Below are positions 49,092-57,524 of a stretch of 64,000 nt of DNA, one piece after another (position 1 is the stretch's first letter; each line of letters opens with the position of its first letter). The stretch covers positions 20,280 through 84,279 of the IMG/VR virus record IMGVR_UViG_3300020810_001175; one strand, written 5' to 3'. Source of the stretch: a virus. The translations under genes and the position numbers were made by a program. Below the pieces are notes generated by a model. That model saw nothing but the letters and a program-made list of their open reading frames with translations, did no database searches and was not told where the DNA came from.

Positions 49092-49730
49092 ATGGGACTA
49101 AAATTATACATACTACAAGATATAGAAGAAGATATTTTAAAAGTTCACAACAGTTGTAAAGATTTGAAAATGCTGGAACTTGGTGATCAAATAATTCGTC
49201 CTAAATTAAATCCAGCAAAAGAATATTGGCAAACTAGAGGATTCATACACACTTCTGTTGATGTAAATGGTAAGCACGGATCAATTGTAAAAGATCTTTC
49301 TGTATTTGATCAATTTGTGGATTGGAAAGAGCAATACGATGTTGTGTACAACATGGGTACATCAGAACACGTTGAACCGTTTGATGCACAGTACACTTGT
49401 TTTAAAATAGCAGATCATTGCTGTAAAACAAATGGTATAATGATACACGGAGTTCCAGAAGTAAACAAAAGAGATAAAGAAAAAATATTCGCAAAACACT
49501 GTCACTATTATTATAGCGAAAAGTTTTTTGAAACACTAATAAAAGAAAGCAATTACAAATTCATCAATAAAAGATACACAACAGGAGGTTGTGTTTACTA
49601 TGCATTTCAAAAGACAGAGCAAAGTAAATTTATGATCAACAAAGATTTATTCTTGTCTAACATAGCAATAAGAAACCAACATATCGATTTTTCAAAAGAT
49701 AGCAACTACATCCATCAAAAGAAAGCCTAG
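49092..49730 (+). CDS. Putative SAM methyltransferase
   Basis: MLELGDQ, SVDVNG, YDVVYNMGTSEHV. Confidence 0.7.
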   Translation: MGLKLYILQDIEEDILKVHNSCKDLKMLELGDQIIRPKLNPAKEYWQTRGFIHTSVDVNGKHGSIVKDLSVFDQFVDWKEQYDVVYNMGTSEHVEPFDAQYTCFKIADHCCKTNGIMIHGVPEVNKRDKEKIFAKHCHYYYSEKFFETLIKESNYKFINKRYTTGGCVYYAFQKTEQSKFMINKDLFLSNIAIRNQHIDFSKDSNYIHQKKA

Positions 49731-49747
49731 AGGCGGACAGCAAAAAT

Positions 49748-49812
49748 TCCGCGAAGCGGTAACGCAGAAATTTCAAATCCGCGAAGCGGTAAGCACAGCG
49801 ATTTCGGTAAGC
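49748..49812. repeat. Direct repeat of the TCCGCGAAGCGGTAA hairpin (30-nt period) plus a partial third copy
   Basis: Copies at 49748 and 49778; CGGTAAGC again at 49805. Each full copy folds CCGC-GAA-GCGG. Confidence 0.85.
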
Positions 49813-49816
49813 AATT

Positions 49817-50884
49817 TTAATCTATGATCTGTCTTTTGACGCCTCGTCTTTTGACATCAAGTGTGCTACAATGTATTCCACCGTCCCAAAACAAATAGTG
49901 TCTCTGTGGCACAACGTGACAGTCTATGTGTAAGGACTTCAGTTTTGCAAACAGTTTGGGTATGTGTCGTGCAAACACAATGTTGTTTCTGTCTATCACC
50001 AACACATTGAGATCAAAGCACACTTCTTGATTGTAACCTCTCCAATTCTCCAAGTACTTGTTGACCCAAGCAATGTCCATTCTATTTTTGGCTTCTGCAT
50101 AATCCTGCACAAATCTATCCATTTTCAATTCAGGCAAACAGTCACTCACATCAATCAACTGTTTGTTGCGTAAGCAGTCTGGTACCCAATCCATGCCTGC
50201 GTGTATCACAGTGTCATCATCTATCATGATAAAGCCGTGGTCAATGTGTCCAAAGCCGTTAAAACGTGTGCCTGTGTTGGGAATAAATCTGTACTCCGGC
50301 AACTCTCTGCGGCACCATTCCAATCCTGTTGCTGAGCCAGGACCTTCTGGATTCACAATGAAGGCATCTCCTGCTCGAAACATGGTGGCTGTGTGCCACA
50401 ACACTCTGTCCATTAATTTGTCCTTGTAGGTTCTATCATTCACAAACCAATCATCTTCAGTGTTTAAATTCTGTAACACGGGCGGGGGTTGGCTGATCCA
50501 ACGATAGCCTTCACGAAACATCTTTTCAAATATGGGATAATAACTCACAGCATCAAAGTATCTGTCGGTGTAACTGGTGTATGTCTGTATGATTGTGCGA
50601 CCCATCACCATCAGTGCATCTCTGGGCACTATGGGAGCAATGGGAAATTCCACATCAAAATCAGGCATATGTATGGGATCATAGTACTCATGCACAGTGG
50701 GACGCATCACTTCAACGCCACCTTTCTTTAAAAAGTCTGCTAGATTGTCCAGATCTCGTTTGGTTTCTTCCAGGATACGATTGAACTTGCTGGGATCCTT
50801 ATGATGCAACACGTGAACCTGTCCGGGATCGTATGTGTCTCCCACTATGATTGATTCCAACGGATCGTATTCTGTGTATATCAT
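49817..50884 (-). CDS. Amidinotransferase (glycine/inosamine-phosphate amidinotransferase family)
   Basis: EYDPLESIIVG, PRD, GHID, GGIHCSTLDVKR (catalytic Cys). Confidence 0.85.
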   Translation of the reverse strand: MIYTEYDPLESIIVGDTYDPGQVHVLHHKDPSKFNRILEETKRDLDNLADFLKKGGVEVMRPTVHEYYDPIHMPDFDVEFPIAPIVPRDALMVMGRTIIQTYTSYTDRYFDAVSYYPIFEKMFREGYRWISQPPPVLQNLNTEDDWFVNDRTYKDKLMDRVLWHTATMFRAGDAFIVNPEGPGSATGLEWCRRELPEYRFIPNTGTRFNGFGHIDHGFIMIDDDTVIHAGMDWVPDCLRNKQLIDVSDCLPELKMDRFVQDYAEAKNRMDIAWVNKYLENWRGYNQEVCFDLNVLVIDRNNIVFARHIPKLFAKLKSLHIDCHVVPQRHYLFWDGGIHCSTLDVKRRGVKRQIID

Positions 50885-51432
50885 ATGTTCAAATATTTCA
50901 CGTGCATAAAAGCCTGTAGACTGCGTCGTTTCACATCTGGCGTCACAATTTTTGTCACAGCATGATACAGATCTTCGTTGTTGATTATGATTCTATTGCC
51001 GATGGGTTCCACATATTCGCCTCTGTCTGCATCATCCTTGCGGAACAAAAACAATCCGCCATCCTTAAAGTCCCACGTTTCATTTAAGAAAAATGTCACT
51101 CCCATAAAATCTATTTCTTCTTTTTCCCAATCAAGAAATCTGTCCTTGTGCCATGTGCTCACATAAGGATATTTCATTTCATGATATCGCAGTGTTTGAT
51201 CGTGTCCTGTGAGCAATTCCTCTGTGAAGTAACCTTTTTCCACCAACAAGCCAAAAAAGAAATCTTTTATTTCTTTGTTGAGATAGAACAGATTACAATC
51301 GTCTGTTTCGTGATGATCCACTTCATCATCGTATCTTTCAAAACGTCCATTGTGCTGTGTGATATCTGCATCAATCATCTGATTGATTTGAACCAATTGC
51401 TCTGATGTCAAAAAATTATCTTTTATGATCAT
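50881..51432 (-). CDS. 2OG-Fe(II) oxygenase
   Basis: WHKD, FFLNETW...GGLF, HAVT, RRSLQ. Confidence 0.85.
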   Translation of the reverse strand: MIIKDNFLTSEQLVQINQMIDADITQHNGRFERYDDEVDHHETDDCNLFYLNKEIKDFFFGLLVEKGYFTEELLTGHDQTLRYHEMKYPYVSTWHKDRFLDWEKEEIDFMGVTFFLNETWDFKDGGLFLFRKDDADRGEYVEPIGNRIIINNEDLYHAVTKIVTPDVKRRSLQAFMHVKYLNI

Positions 51433-52523
51433 TGTAACTGTCCTTTCAACACATCAAAATATTCTTCTGTGGCATTGATGGGTATGATAAAAAATTTATG
51501 ATCATCGCCTTTGATCAAATCAAATAGTGTACCAAACTGTCCCACTATGGTATAGCCTGCTTGTTCAAACGTTGCTTTTGCTGTTGCCACAATGTTGTGA
51601 TGTTGTGTCATCAATTGTTCCTGATGCAGTATATCAATATATTTAATACAACTCAATATGCCAGGCAGACTGTAATTGTATGTGAACCCGTGTTCCCAAT
51701 CAAAATCATCTGGCAACACATCATCAATCTTTGAGTTGTACATGGTGATGCTGAGCGGAAAAAATCCACCTGTGATTGCTTTGCCCATGGTGAATATGTC
51801 TGGCTGAATGGGAGTTTGTTGCCACCCAACAAATGTGCCTGTCTTTCCGCCGCCAATAAAAATGTCGTCCACAATCACAACCACACCCTGCTCCTGCAAC
51901 TGTTTTATCTTGTTCCAGAATTCTTTTGAGTTGGGTCTCAATTGTTCACCATATGAACACGTTTCCACCATCACACACATCACTTGATTCCACTCTGTTT
52001 GATTGATATCAAAATCTCTTTTCAGTCGGATCACTTGGTCATAAGGTTTTAAAGTGTAGAAAGGATCGGTAAACAGACTGTCTCCCATGTTGTAGTTTAA
52101 AAATGTAGAGCCGTGATAACTGTTTTCAAAACACACAATTTTTGTGCGTTGTGTTTGTCCTAGCAGTTTTTGATAAGCACTGGCAAGTTTGACCGCACCT
52201 TCGTTGGCATCTGATCCACTGAGAGCAAATATACTTTTGTAGCCTGTCATGTGAAACAGAGTGTCGGACAATTGATAACTGGGTTCATTGAGATACAGTT
52301 CTTCATTCTGCACAATGCTTTCTGCTATTTCTGGTTTCACTCGAATATTGTCATACACATAATCCAATATGTCATGTCGGTCAAACCCCAATGTGAAACA
52401 ACCATAGTGCAACAATGGATCTATTATCTTCTTACTGTTGTCCATGTAACCGTACTGCCAATGAGGTTTGGCAACTGTGGTCAATCTTTGTACACCTGGT
52501 ATGAGTCCTTTAATTGATTTCAT
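51429..52523 (-). CDS. Class III PLP-dependent aminotransferase
   Basis: SGSDANEGAVKLA, SYHGST, DDIFIGGGKTG, PDIFTMGKAITGGFFPLS, HGFTY. Confidence 0.88.
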   Translation of the reverse strand: MKSIKGLIPGVQRLTTVAKPHWQYGYMDNSKKIIDPLLHYGCFTLGFDRHDILDYVYDNIRVKPEIAESIVQNEELYLNEPSYQLSDTLFHMTGYKSIFALSGSDANEGAVKLASAYQKLLGQTQRTKIVCFENSYHGSTFLNYNMGDSLFTDPFYTLKPYDQVIRLKRDFDINQTEWNQVMCVMVETCSYGEQLRPNSKEFWNKIKQLQEQGVVVIVDDIFIGGGKTGTFVGWQQTPIQPDIFTMGKAITGGFFPLSITMYNSKIDDVLPDDFDWEHGFTYNYSLPGILSCIKYIDILHQEQLMTQHHNIVATAKATFEQAGYTIVGQFGTLFDLIKGDDHKFFIIPINATEEYFDVLKGQLQ

Positions 52524-52531
52524 AATCTTAA

Positions 52532-53068
52532 TTATTGTATTTCAAACTCCAATTGATCGTATGTGATGTCATTGGAATCTTCAAATTGTTTTTTGGATTC
52601 TAAACTTACTGTGATCGGCAAACTCATATCCACAAAATTTTGAACAGATATCTTTTTAGTTTCGCCTTTGTGAAATGTTTTATCAAGAGTGTGTGTTTGA
52701 TCATTAATCTTTAGCGTTACACAGTATTGATCAGTTAATTTTTCACTGCCTTGTACAAAATTTTTTCTATTAAAATTTGTGGTGCATATAGAACTGTTGC
52801 TATCAAACACAAAGTCCACTTCGGATTTTTCTTTGATTTCTCCAAAAGAAATATCATAAATTAAACTCACTGAGTTCACACTGTCTGAATCGAATAATAT
52901 TTGATCACTCAATGTTAAAGGTAAATTTTCTTCAGCATCATTAATATTTTCAAACACAACAGCATCGTTAATCATCACAGTAAGATTGTTTTTGTATTGA
53001 TGCTTTTCTAAACTGAAATAATTTTTGCCTTTTTCTTTTGGACAACGCAGTGTGAAAATTTTATTCAT
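52532..53068 (-). CDS. Hypothetical protein
   Basis: 178-aa ORF overlapping the upstream gene. Confidence 0.55.
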   Translation of the reverse strand: MNKIFTLRCPKEKGKNYFSLEKHQYKNNLTVMINDAVVFENINDAEENLPLTLSDQILFDSDSVNSVSLIYDISFGEIKEKSEVDFVFDSNSSICTTNFNRKNFVQGSEKLTDQYCVTLKINDQTHTLDKTFHKGETKKISVQNFVDMSLPITVSLESKKQFEDSNDITYDQLEFEIQ

Positions 53069-53687
53069 GTTCTATGCTGTCCTTAAACTTTAACAATGCT
53101 TCTTCAAAACTTAGATGTTCGCCTGGCAATTTCAACAGAGTTAGTGATAAAGTCCATCTGTGTTGTGTGGGATCTGGATTGTGCGTGTTGTGTAGTTGTC
53201 CAACATTTAATATGCTTGGCTTATTGATCACTGCCTGATGAACCAGTTCTATATTGTTTTCATCTGCACTGTAACATTTGTAACAATCAATGTCTGGTTC
53301 TATACCAGCCTCTTGAAAACTTTTGTTTACTTCGGTTTCATCGTGATTTATTTCTATATAGTTGCAACCAGATTTTAACTTCCACCATCTTGTGGTACTA
53401 GTTTCAGGACCCCATGTAAAATTAAGTTTACAAGCATCTCGTTGTCCAGGAGGTATCACTGTATCGTTATGAATAGGTATCGCGCCTCCATTGGGTTTGG
53501 TATAAAATCCTTCAATCACATTTGATATTTTTAAATTGTGTTGAGCCAACCATTTGAACAATTCGTCGGGCAGTTCATCCGGATTAACATACATCAAAAA
53601 ATTATCTGTTAAACCTTCAGCAAAACATTTTGGTTTATTGATAATAAATGGTAATTTGATGTATCTGTGATATATGTTGAAATTCAT
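53061..53687 (-). CDS. Putative cupin/2OG-Fe(II)-type oxygenase
   Basis: IPIHND, KLNF, LNVGQLH, RWTLSL; start set at MNFNIY, 7 nt after TAAATA. Confidence 0.55.
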   Translation of the reverse strand: MNFNIYHRYIKLPFIINKPKCFAEGLTDNFLMYVNPDELPDELFKWLAQHNLKISNVIEGFYTKPNGGAIPIHNDTVIPPGQRDACKLNFTWGPETSTTRWWKLKSGCNYIEINHDETEVNKSFQEAGIEPDIDCYKCYSADENNIELVHQAVINKPSILNVGQLHNTHNPDPTQHRWTLSLTLLKLPGEHLSFEEALLKFKDSIEHE

Positions 53688-53900
53688 TGTAAAATATTTA
53701 TAGACTGCGAAAACAACAGGTTGTAGGTATGGTTTTGATGCTGATAACCGCACATACATCAACACTGTGACTGGCCCGTGTATTGACGTCTATGACGCTT
53801 TAAAACACTGTTTTATGGTACTGTAGATGCCTATATGTTAGTGCAACAGCACCAGTCAAAATACTGCTGTTATCAACCAGGTCAAGATAAGTAATTTCAA

Positions 53901-54584
53901 ATGTCCAACGAAATTCAAAACAAAACAATCAATCTCCGTCAGTGGGAAGAAGGCAATGAGCCTCCTTTCAATCCTGAAATGGAAGTAGAGATCAGAGACT
54001 TTGTTGGTGTGTTTAAAAAAGCATACACAAAAGAATGGTGTGATCAAGCAATTAAATATTTCGATGAAATGACTAAGATGGGTTTTGGTAGATCCATACA
54101 AGAAATTTCAGGAGCACCTAGACATCTTAAAGACACACAAAATTTTAACACCACAAGATTGTATTCGCAAGGAGATAATCTTTTGAGTATAGTAGGAGTG
54201 CCTGGAGTACAGAATAAATTTTTAGATACATTTTGGGCGTGTTACAACGGAATATACAGACATCAATTTTCATCTTTGCAAACAGAAGGTGCACCACAAA
54301 TGGTGTATGAAATGAAGATTCAAAGAACAGCACCTGGTGAAGGATATCACGTGTGGCATTGGGAACAGAGCAGTAGATCAGACACCACAAGGTTTATGGT
54401 GATACAGGTATTTCTTAATGACGTGGAAGATGGTGGTGAAACAGAATTTTTATATTATCCTAGAAGACTCAAAGCAGAAGCAGGAACATTATTAATTTTT
54501 CCTGGAAATTATACTCACACACATAGAGGCAACCAGCCTTTATCTGGACCTAAGTACACAATTAATACCTGGCTAGAATTTTAA
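53901..54584 (+). CDS. 2OG-Fe(II) oxygenase
   Basis: GYHVWHWE, FLNDVEDGGETEF, FPGNYTHTHRG, KY. Confidence 0.88.
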   Translation: MSNEIQNKTINLRQWEEGNEPPFNPEMEVEIRDFVGVFKKAYTKEWCDQAIKYFDEMTKMGFGRSIQEISGAPRHLKDTQNFNTTRLYSQGDNLLSIVGVPGVQNKFLDTFWACYNGIYRHQFSSLQTEGAPQMVYEMKIQRTAPGEGYHVWHWEQSSRSDTTRFMVIQVFLNDVEDGGETEFLYYPRRLKAEAGTLLIFPGNYTHTHRGNQPLSGPKYTINTWLEF

Positions 54585-54612
54585 GGCTGGTTACTGGTTT
54601 AATTTAAATCAA

Positions 54613-54732
54613 TTAATTTTCAAAACTTTTTACGGCTTTTTCAACAAATTTTTCTAACCTGTTGTATATCCTAATAAAAAAATTTTTAATTGAAGACGTC
54701 ACGAATGTGACTATTTGTTTGACTTTTTTCAT
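54613..54732 (-). CDS. 39-aa amphipathic peptide, not in the ORF track
   Basis: SD AGGGAG and an upstream TAAATA; MKKVKQIVTFVTSSIKNFFIRIYNRLEKFVEKAVKSFEN. Confidence 0.55.
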   Translation of the reverse strand: MKKVKQIVTFVTSSIKNFFIRIYNRLEKFVEKAVKSFEN

Positions 54733-54829
54733 TGCCTATTCTCCCTTATTTGAGTTGTTATGTTTGCCTTATTCGCAAGTTATTTACATCAGTATCGATA
54801 AAATTTATCTGCTACTATTGTTTTTATAA

Positions 54830-55690
54830 TTAAGATATAAATGCATGGACAACTTTTTGTGCTAACATTTTCCAGTTAGCAAGTTCTCCAATTTCTTGAA
54901 TATGGTGTGCTTTGGTTCCGTCATGATAAGAACAACGTATCTGCATCATTCCTTTTTCAGGTCTAGCATCTGCGGTAACGCCTATTGCTGTTTGACAATC
55001 TCCATTAACTAATTCTAAAACATATCGTTCTGCCATTAATTCAATCGTGGGCCATTCTAATATTTGAGGATTCCATATGTCTTTCATTTTGATGTCATCG
55101 CTTCTTATCTGCACAACAACTTTTCCTTGTCCTGCGGCAGGCAACAATTCTGTTTCGGGCATCACAGTGTGTTGTACTTGTACGTTTAATCTATCTAACG
55201 CACACTTTGCCATAATGATTCCATCAACTTCTTGTTTAGCAATTAAATCTATTCTTGTTTGAATATTTCCTCTTATAGGCACAAACCGCAAATCAGGTCT
55301 TTGGTCTGATAACATTTTTGCTCTACGTGGAGCACTTGTTCCTATTCTGTATCCGCTTGGAATAGAATCAAAATTTTCGAAAGGTCCAATCAACACATCA
55401 CGTCTGTCACCTTGCTCCCAGACACATCCTAATAGTTCTGTGCCGTCTGCTATTTCCGTTCCAACGTCTTTGGCACTGTGTATCGCACAATCTATTTCAC
55501 CTGAAAGTAACTTGTCTTCTATGGCAGAACAAAAAATATGTTTGCCACCCATTTCATGAATAGGAGTTGTTTGATCTATATCGCCTTGACTTTTTATTTG
55601 AATTAGTTCATAAGGTTGAACCAAACCTGACGCGGCTCCGTCTGCTTGTCTAATGGCGAGAGGTGATCCTCTAGTTCCTATCTTTAACAT
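54830..55690 (-). CDS. hemC: Porphobilinogen deaminase (hydroxymethylbilane synthase)
   Basis: IGTRGSPLA, GD, HSAKD, GTSAPRR, RGNIQTR, PAAGQG, AER, GDCQTAIG (cofactor Cys). Confidence 0.93.
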   Translation of the reverse strand: MLKIGTRGSPLAIRQADGAASGLVQPYELIQIKSQGDIDQTTPIHEMGGKHIFCSAIEDKLLSGEIDCAIHSAKDVGTEIADGTELLGCVWEQGDRRDVLIGPFENFDSIPSGYRIGTSAPRRAKMLSDQRPDLRFVPIRGNIQTRIDLIAKQEVDGIIMAKCALDRLNVQVQHTVMPETELLPAAGQGKVVVQIRSDDIKMKDIWNPQILEWPTIELMAERYVLELVNGDCQTAIGVTADARPEKGMMQIRCSYHDGTKAHHIQEIGELANWKMLAQKVVHAFIS

Positions 55691-55695
55691 TGAAC

Positions 55696-55884
55696 TTATG
55701 CTCTATTCCAAGAAATAGGAGTGCCGTTTTCATCAAGAACAAGATCACCTGTGTCTTTGTACTGAGCCACCATGATGCCTTTTCCTCTACCTTTGCTGAT
55801 CCATTTGCAAGGTTTGATTTCTCTTTCGTTATAATATCTTATGGCATGATGTGTTATTATTCCACGAGCCTTTACTCCAGCCAT
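55696..55884 (-). CDS. Small hypothetical protein
   Basis: 62-aa ORF in the hemC operon. Confidence 0.55.
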   Translation of the reverse strand: MAGVKARGIITHHAIRYYNEREIKPCKWISKGRGKGIMVAQYKDTGDLVLDENGTPISWNRA

Positions 55885-55885
55885 T

Positions 55886-56032
55886 TTATTTTCCTTGTCC
55901 TACTTTAAACTTTAAACTGCGTTTTTTGTGTTTGTTCATTGAACTCATTTTGCACTTACTTTTCTTTCCTGCTTGACTGGTTTTTTTTGGAACCGAAACG
56001 TGTTCAACAAATCCTTTTGCTAATTTTGCCAT
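55886..56032 (-). CDS. 48-aa very basic peptide, not in the ORF track
   Basis: MAKLAKGFVEHVSVPKKTSQAGKKSKCKMSSMNKHKKRSLKFKVGQGK fills the gap between neighbours, leaving 1 nt on each side. Confidence 0.65.
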   Translation of the reverse strand: MAKLAKGFVEHVSVPKKTSQAGKKSKCKMSSMNKHKKRSLKFKVGQGK

Positions 56033-56033
56033 A

Positions 56034-56252
56034 CTATCTACCTAACTTTTTGCTTCTACCCAAAGGTAATGATTGGACTTTGAAAAATTCTTCACCTTTT
56101 TTGGTTGTCCATTCAATCTCAACTTCTTTGGCTTTGCTGGATGATTGATAACTCTTGACTGCTCGTTTGAAGCCGTTGGCTTCGATCTCTTTGACCTGTT
56201 CACCTTCAGGAGCAGTTCTGTCCGTGAATATAAATTTTCTTTCTTTTGCCAT
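56034..56252 (-). CDS. Small basic hypothetical protein
   Basis: SD AAGGAG and TAAATA upstream. Confidence 0.65.
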   Translation of the reverse strand: MAKERKFIFTDRTAPEGEQVKEIEANGFKRAVKSYQSSSKAKEVEIEWTTKKGEEFFKVQSLPLGRSKKLGR

Positions 56253-56305
56253 AAAGACTCCTTATTTTTTGTTGTATTTATTAAATGGTAGTATTATTTT
56301 GGTCC

Positions 56306-56334
56306 TTGACATTCGGCCCCGTGTGTGCTATAAT
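56306..56334 (+). promoter_or_regulatory. Consensus sigma70-type (early) promoter
   Basis: TTGACA-17-TATAAT with TG extension. Confidence 0.8.
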
Positions 56335-56356
56335 CAAGCAACTTAAGGAGAACATT

Positions 56357-56602
56357 ATGTATTATAGAATAAAATTTATATTAAAAGATTTGTTTTTGAC
56401 CCCTTTTAAGATGTTTTGGAAACAGATCACAATATCAGTCATACTGTCCATAATTTTTACATTGTTGGTCAAACCAGATATATCAGTATTTTTAACTATG
56501 GTTGGTATTTGTTTTTTAGCATCATTAATGATCACAATGGCTAATGACAATTATAACCGTCAAAAAGAAAAAATCTTAGACGCTCTTAAAGAGAAAAAAT
56601 AA
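56357..56602 (+). CDS. Small two-TM membrane protein
   Basis: SD AAGGAG; two hydrophobic segments and a charged tail. Confidence 0.65.
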   Translation: MYYRIKFILKDLFLTPFKMFWKQITISVILSIIFTLLVKPDISVFLTMVGICFLASLMITMANDNYNRQKEKILDALKEKK

Positions 56603-56949
56603 TGAGTGAAAAAACGAAACAAATATTAGAAAATTTAAGAACCATTGTTCAGAAAGAACCGGTGGAGGATCCAACCACACAAGGAGCAATTGCCAGCAAC
56701 ATGGGTGGCGATAGAATATACGGAAGTATCAATAACACTATTCATTTAATTAATGCTGACGGATCTAGATACAAAGGCAAAATAGACAAACGAAGAATCA
56801 CAGTAAAAGGTATAGACGGTGCTAATTTTTTCAGTCATGTGTACGAAACAGCAGATGGTAGATGGTTTGATAGAACTGGATTACCTTGTGCTAAACCGAC
56901 CACTCTAGTTAAACAATCTGAAAACGAGATTGTTGAAACTGATAATTAA
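56602..56949 (+). CDS. Hypothetical protein
   Basis: Coupled ORF. Confidence 0.6.
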   Translation: MSEKTKQILENLRTIVQKEPVEDPTTQGAIASNMGGDRIYGSINNTIHLINADGSRYKGKIDKRRITVKGIDGANFFSHVYETADGRWFDRTGLPCAKPTTLVKQSENEIVETDN

Positions 56950-56953
56950 TTTC

Positions 56954-57214
56954 ATGATTACTTTAGAACAGTACAATGATATGCCCGAGTACTGGGACTA
57001 TCAACGCAAGATAGAATTCAACAAAGAAAAATGTCGCAAGGCTTGTGAGAACATACAAGAAAATTTTGGAGAGTTGTCCAGCGAAGCAGACGTAGATGAT
57101 ATGTTTGAAATGATGTGGCACCAGATTGAAGCAGAAGATTATGAAGATCCACCTTTGGATTGGGTACCAAAAAATCCTGCACTGAGATTAGAACACGAAA
57201 CATACAATAAATAA
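56954..57214 (+). CDS. Acidic hypothetical protein
   Basis: ORF; start at MITLEQ. Confidence 0.55.
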   Translation: MITLEQYNDMPEYWDYQRKIEFNKEKCRKACENIQENFGELSSEADVDDMFEMMWHQIEAEDYEDPPLDWVPKNPALRLEHETYNK

Positions 57215-57218
57215 TTGC

Positions 57219-57386
57219 ATGACACACACACTAAAATACGGAACCAACGAGCCTGTTTATAATGCAGGTAACTTTCAAGAATATCATTATGAGCTGGAAC
57301 ATATGGAATGCGAGTGGAAAATAATTTACGGCACATTTAATTTGGTAACAGCATTCACATATCCTTGGATTCAAATACGCTATTGA
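57219..57386 (+). CDS. 55-aa hypothetical protein, not in the ORF track
   Basis: AATAAATA 5 nt before ATG; MTHTLKYG...WIQIRY. Confidence 0.5.
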   Translation: MTHTLKYGTNEPVYNAGNFQEYHYELEHMECEWKIIYGTFNLVTAFTYPWIQIRY

Positions 57387-57456
57387 CAAACAGTCAAAAA
57401 CGTGTTAAATTAATCACTATGTATTAAATGCATACCTGCTATGCTAAATACATATA

Positions 57457-57502
57457 CGTTCAGGCATCAGCCCGGAAGTAGGTTATACCGAAGGAACGCA
57501 CC
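57457..57502 (+). ncRNA. Glutamine riboswitch (glnA RNA motif)
   Basis: P1 CGTTC/GAACG, P2 GGC-ATCA-GCC, GGAAGTA junction, P3 GGT-TAT-ACC, GAAG; followed by SD AAGGAGG and ATG. Confidence 0.8.
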
Positions 57503-57524
57503 TAACTTTAACAAGGAGGGTGAT

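Noticed and set aside
49748-49812. CRISPR mini-array
   Set aside because: Only two 15-nt repeats with a 15-nt spacer, too short for CRISPR, and no cas genes.
45675-52523. Saxitoxin-like toxin cluster
   Set aside because: Shares enzyme families (carbamoyltransferase, amidinotransferase, 2OG oxygenase) but lacks SxtA and the other core genes, and the genes are split over two opposing operons.
57441-57524. First 28 codons of the 92-aa ORF
   Set aside because: The region is the riboswitch, and a strong SD supports ATG 57525.
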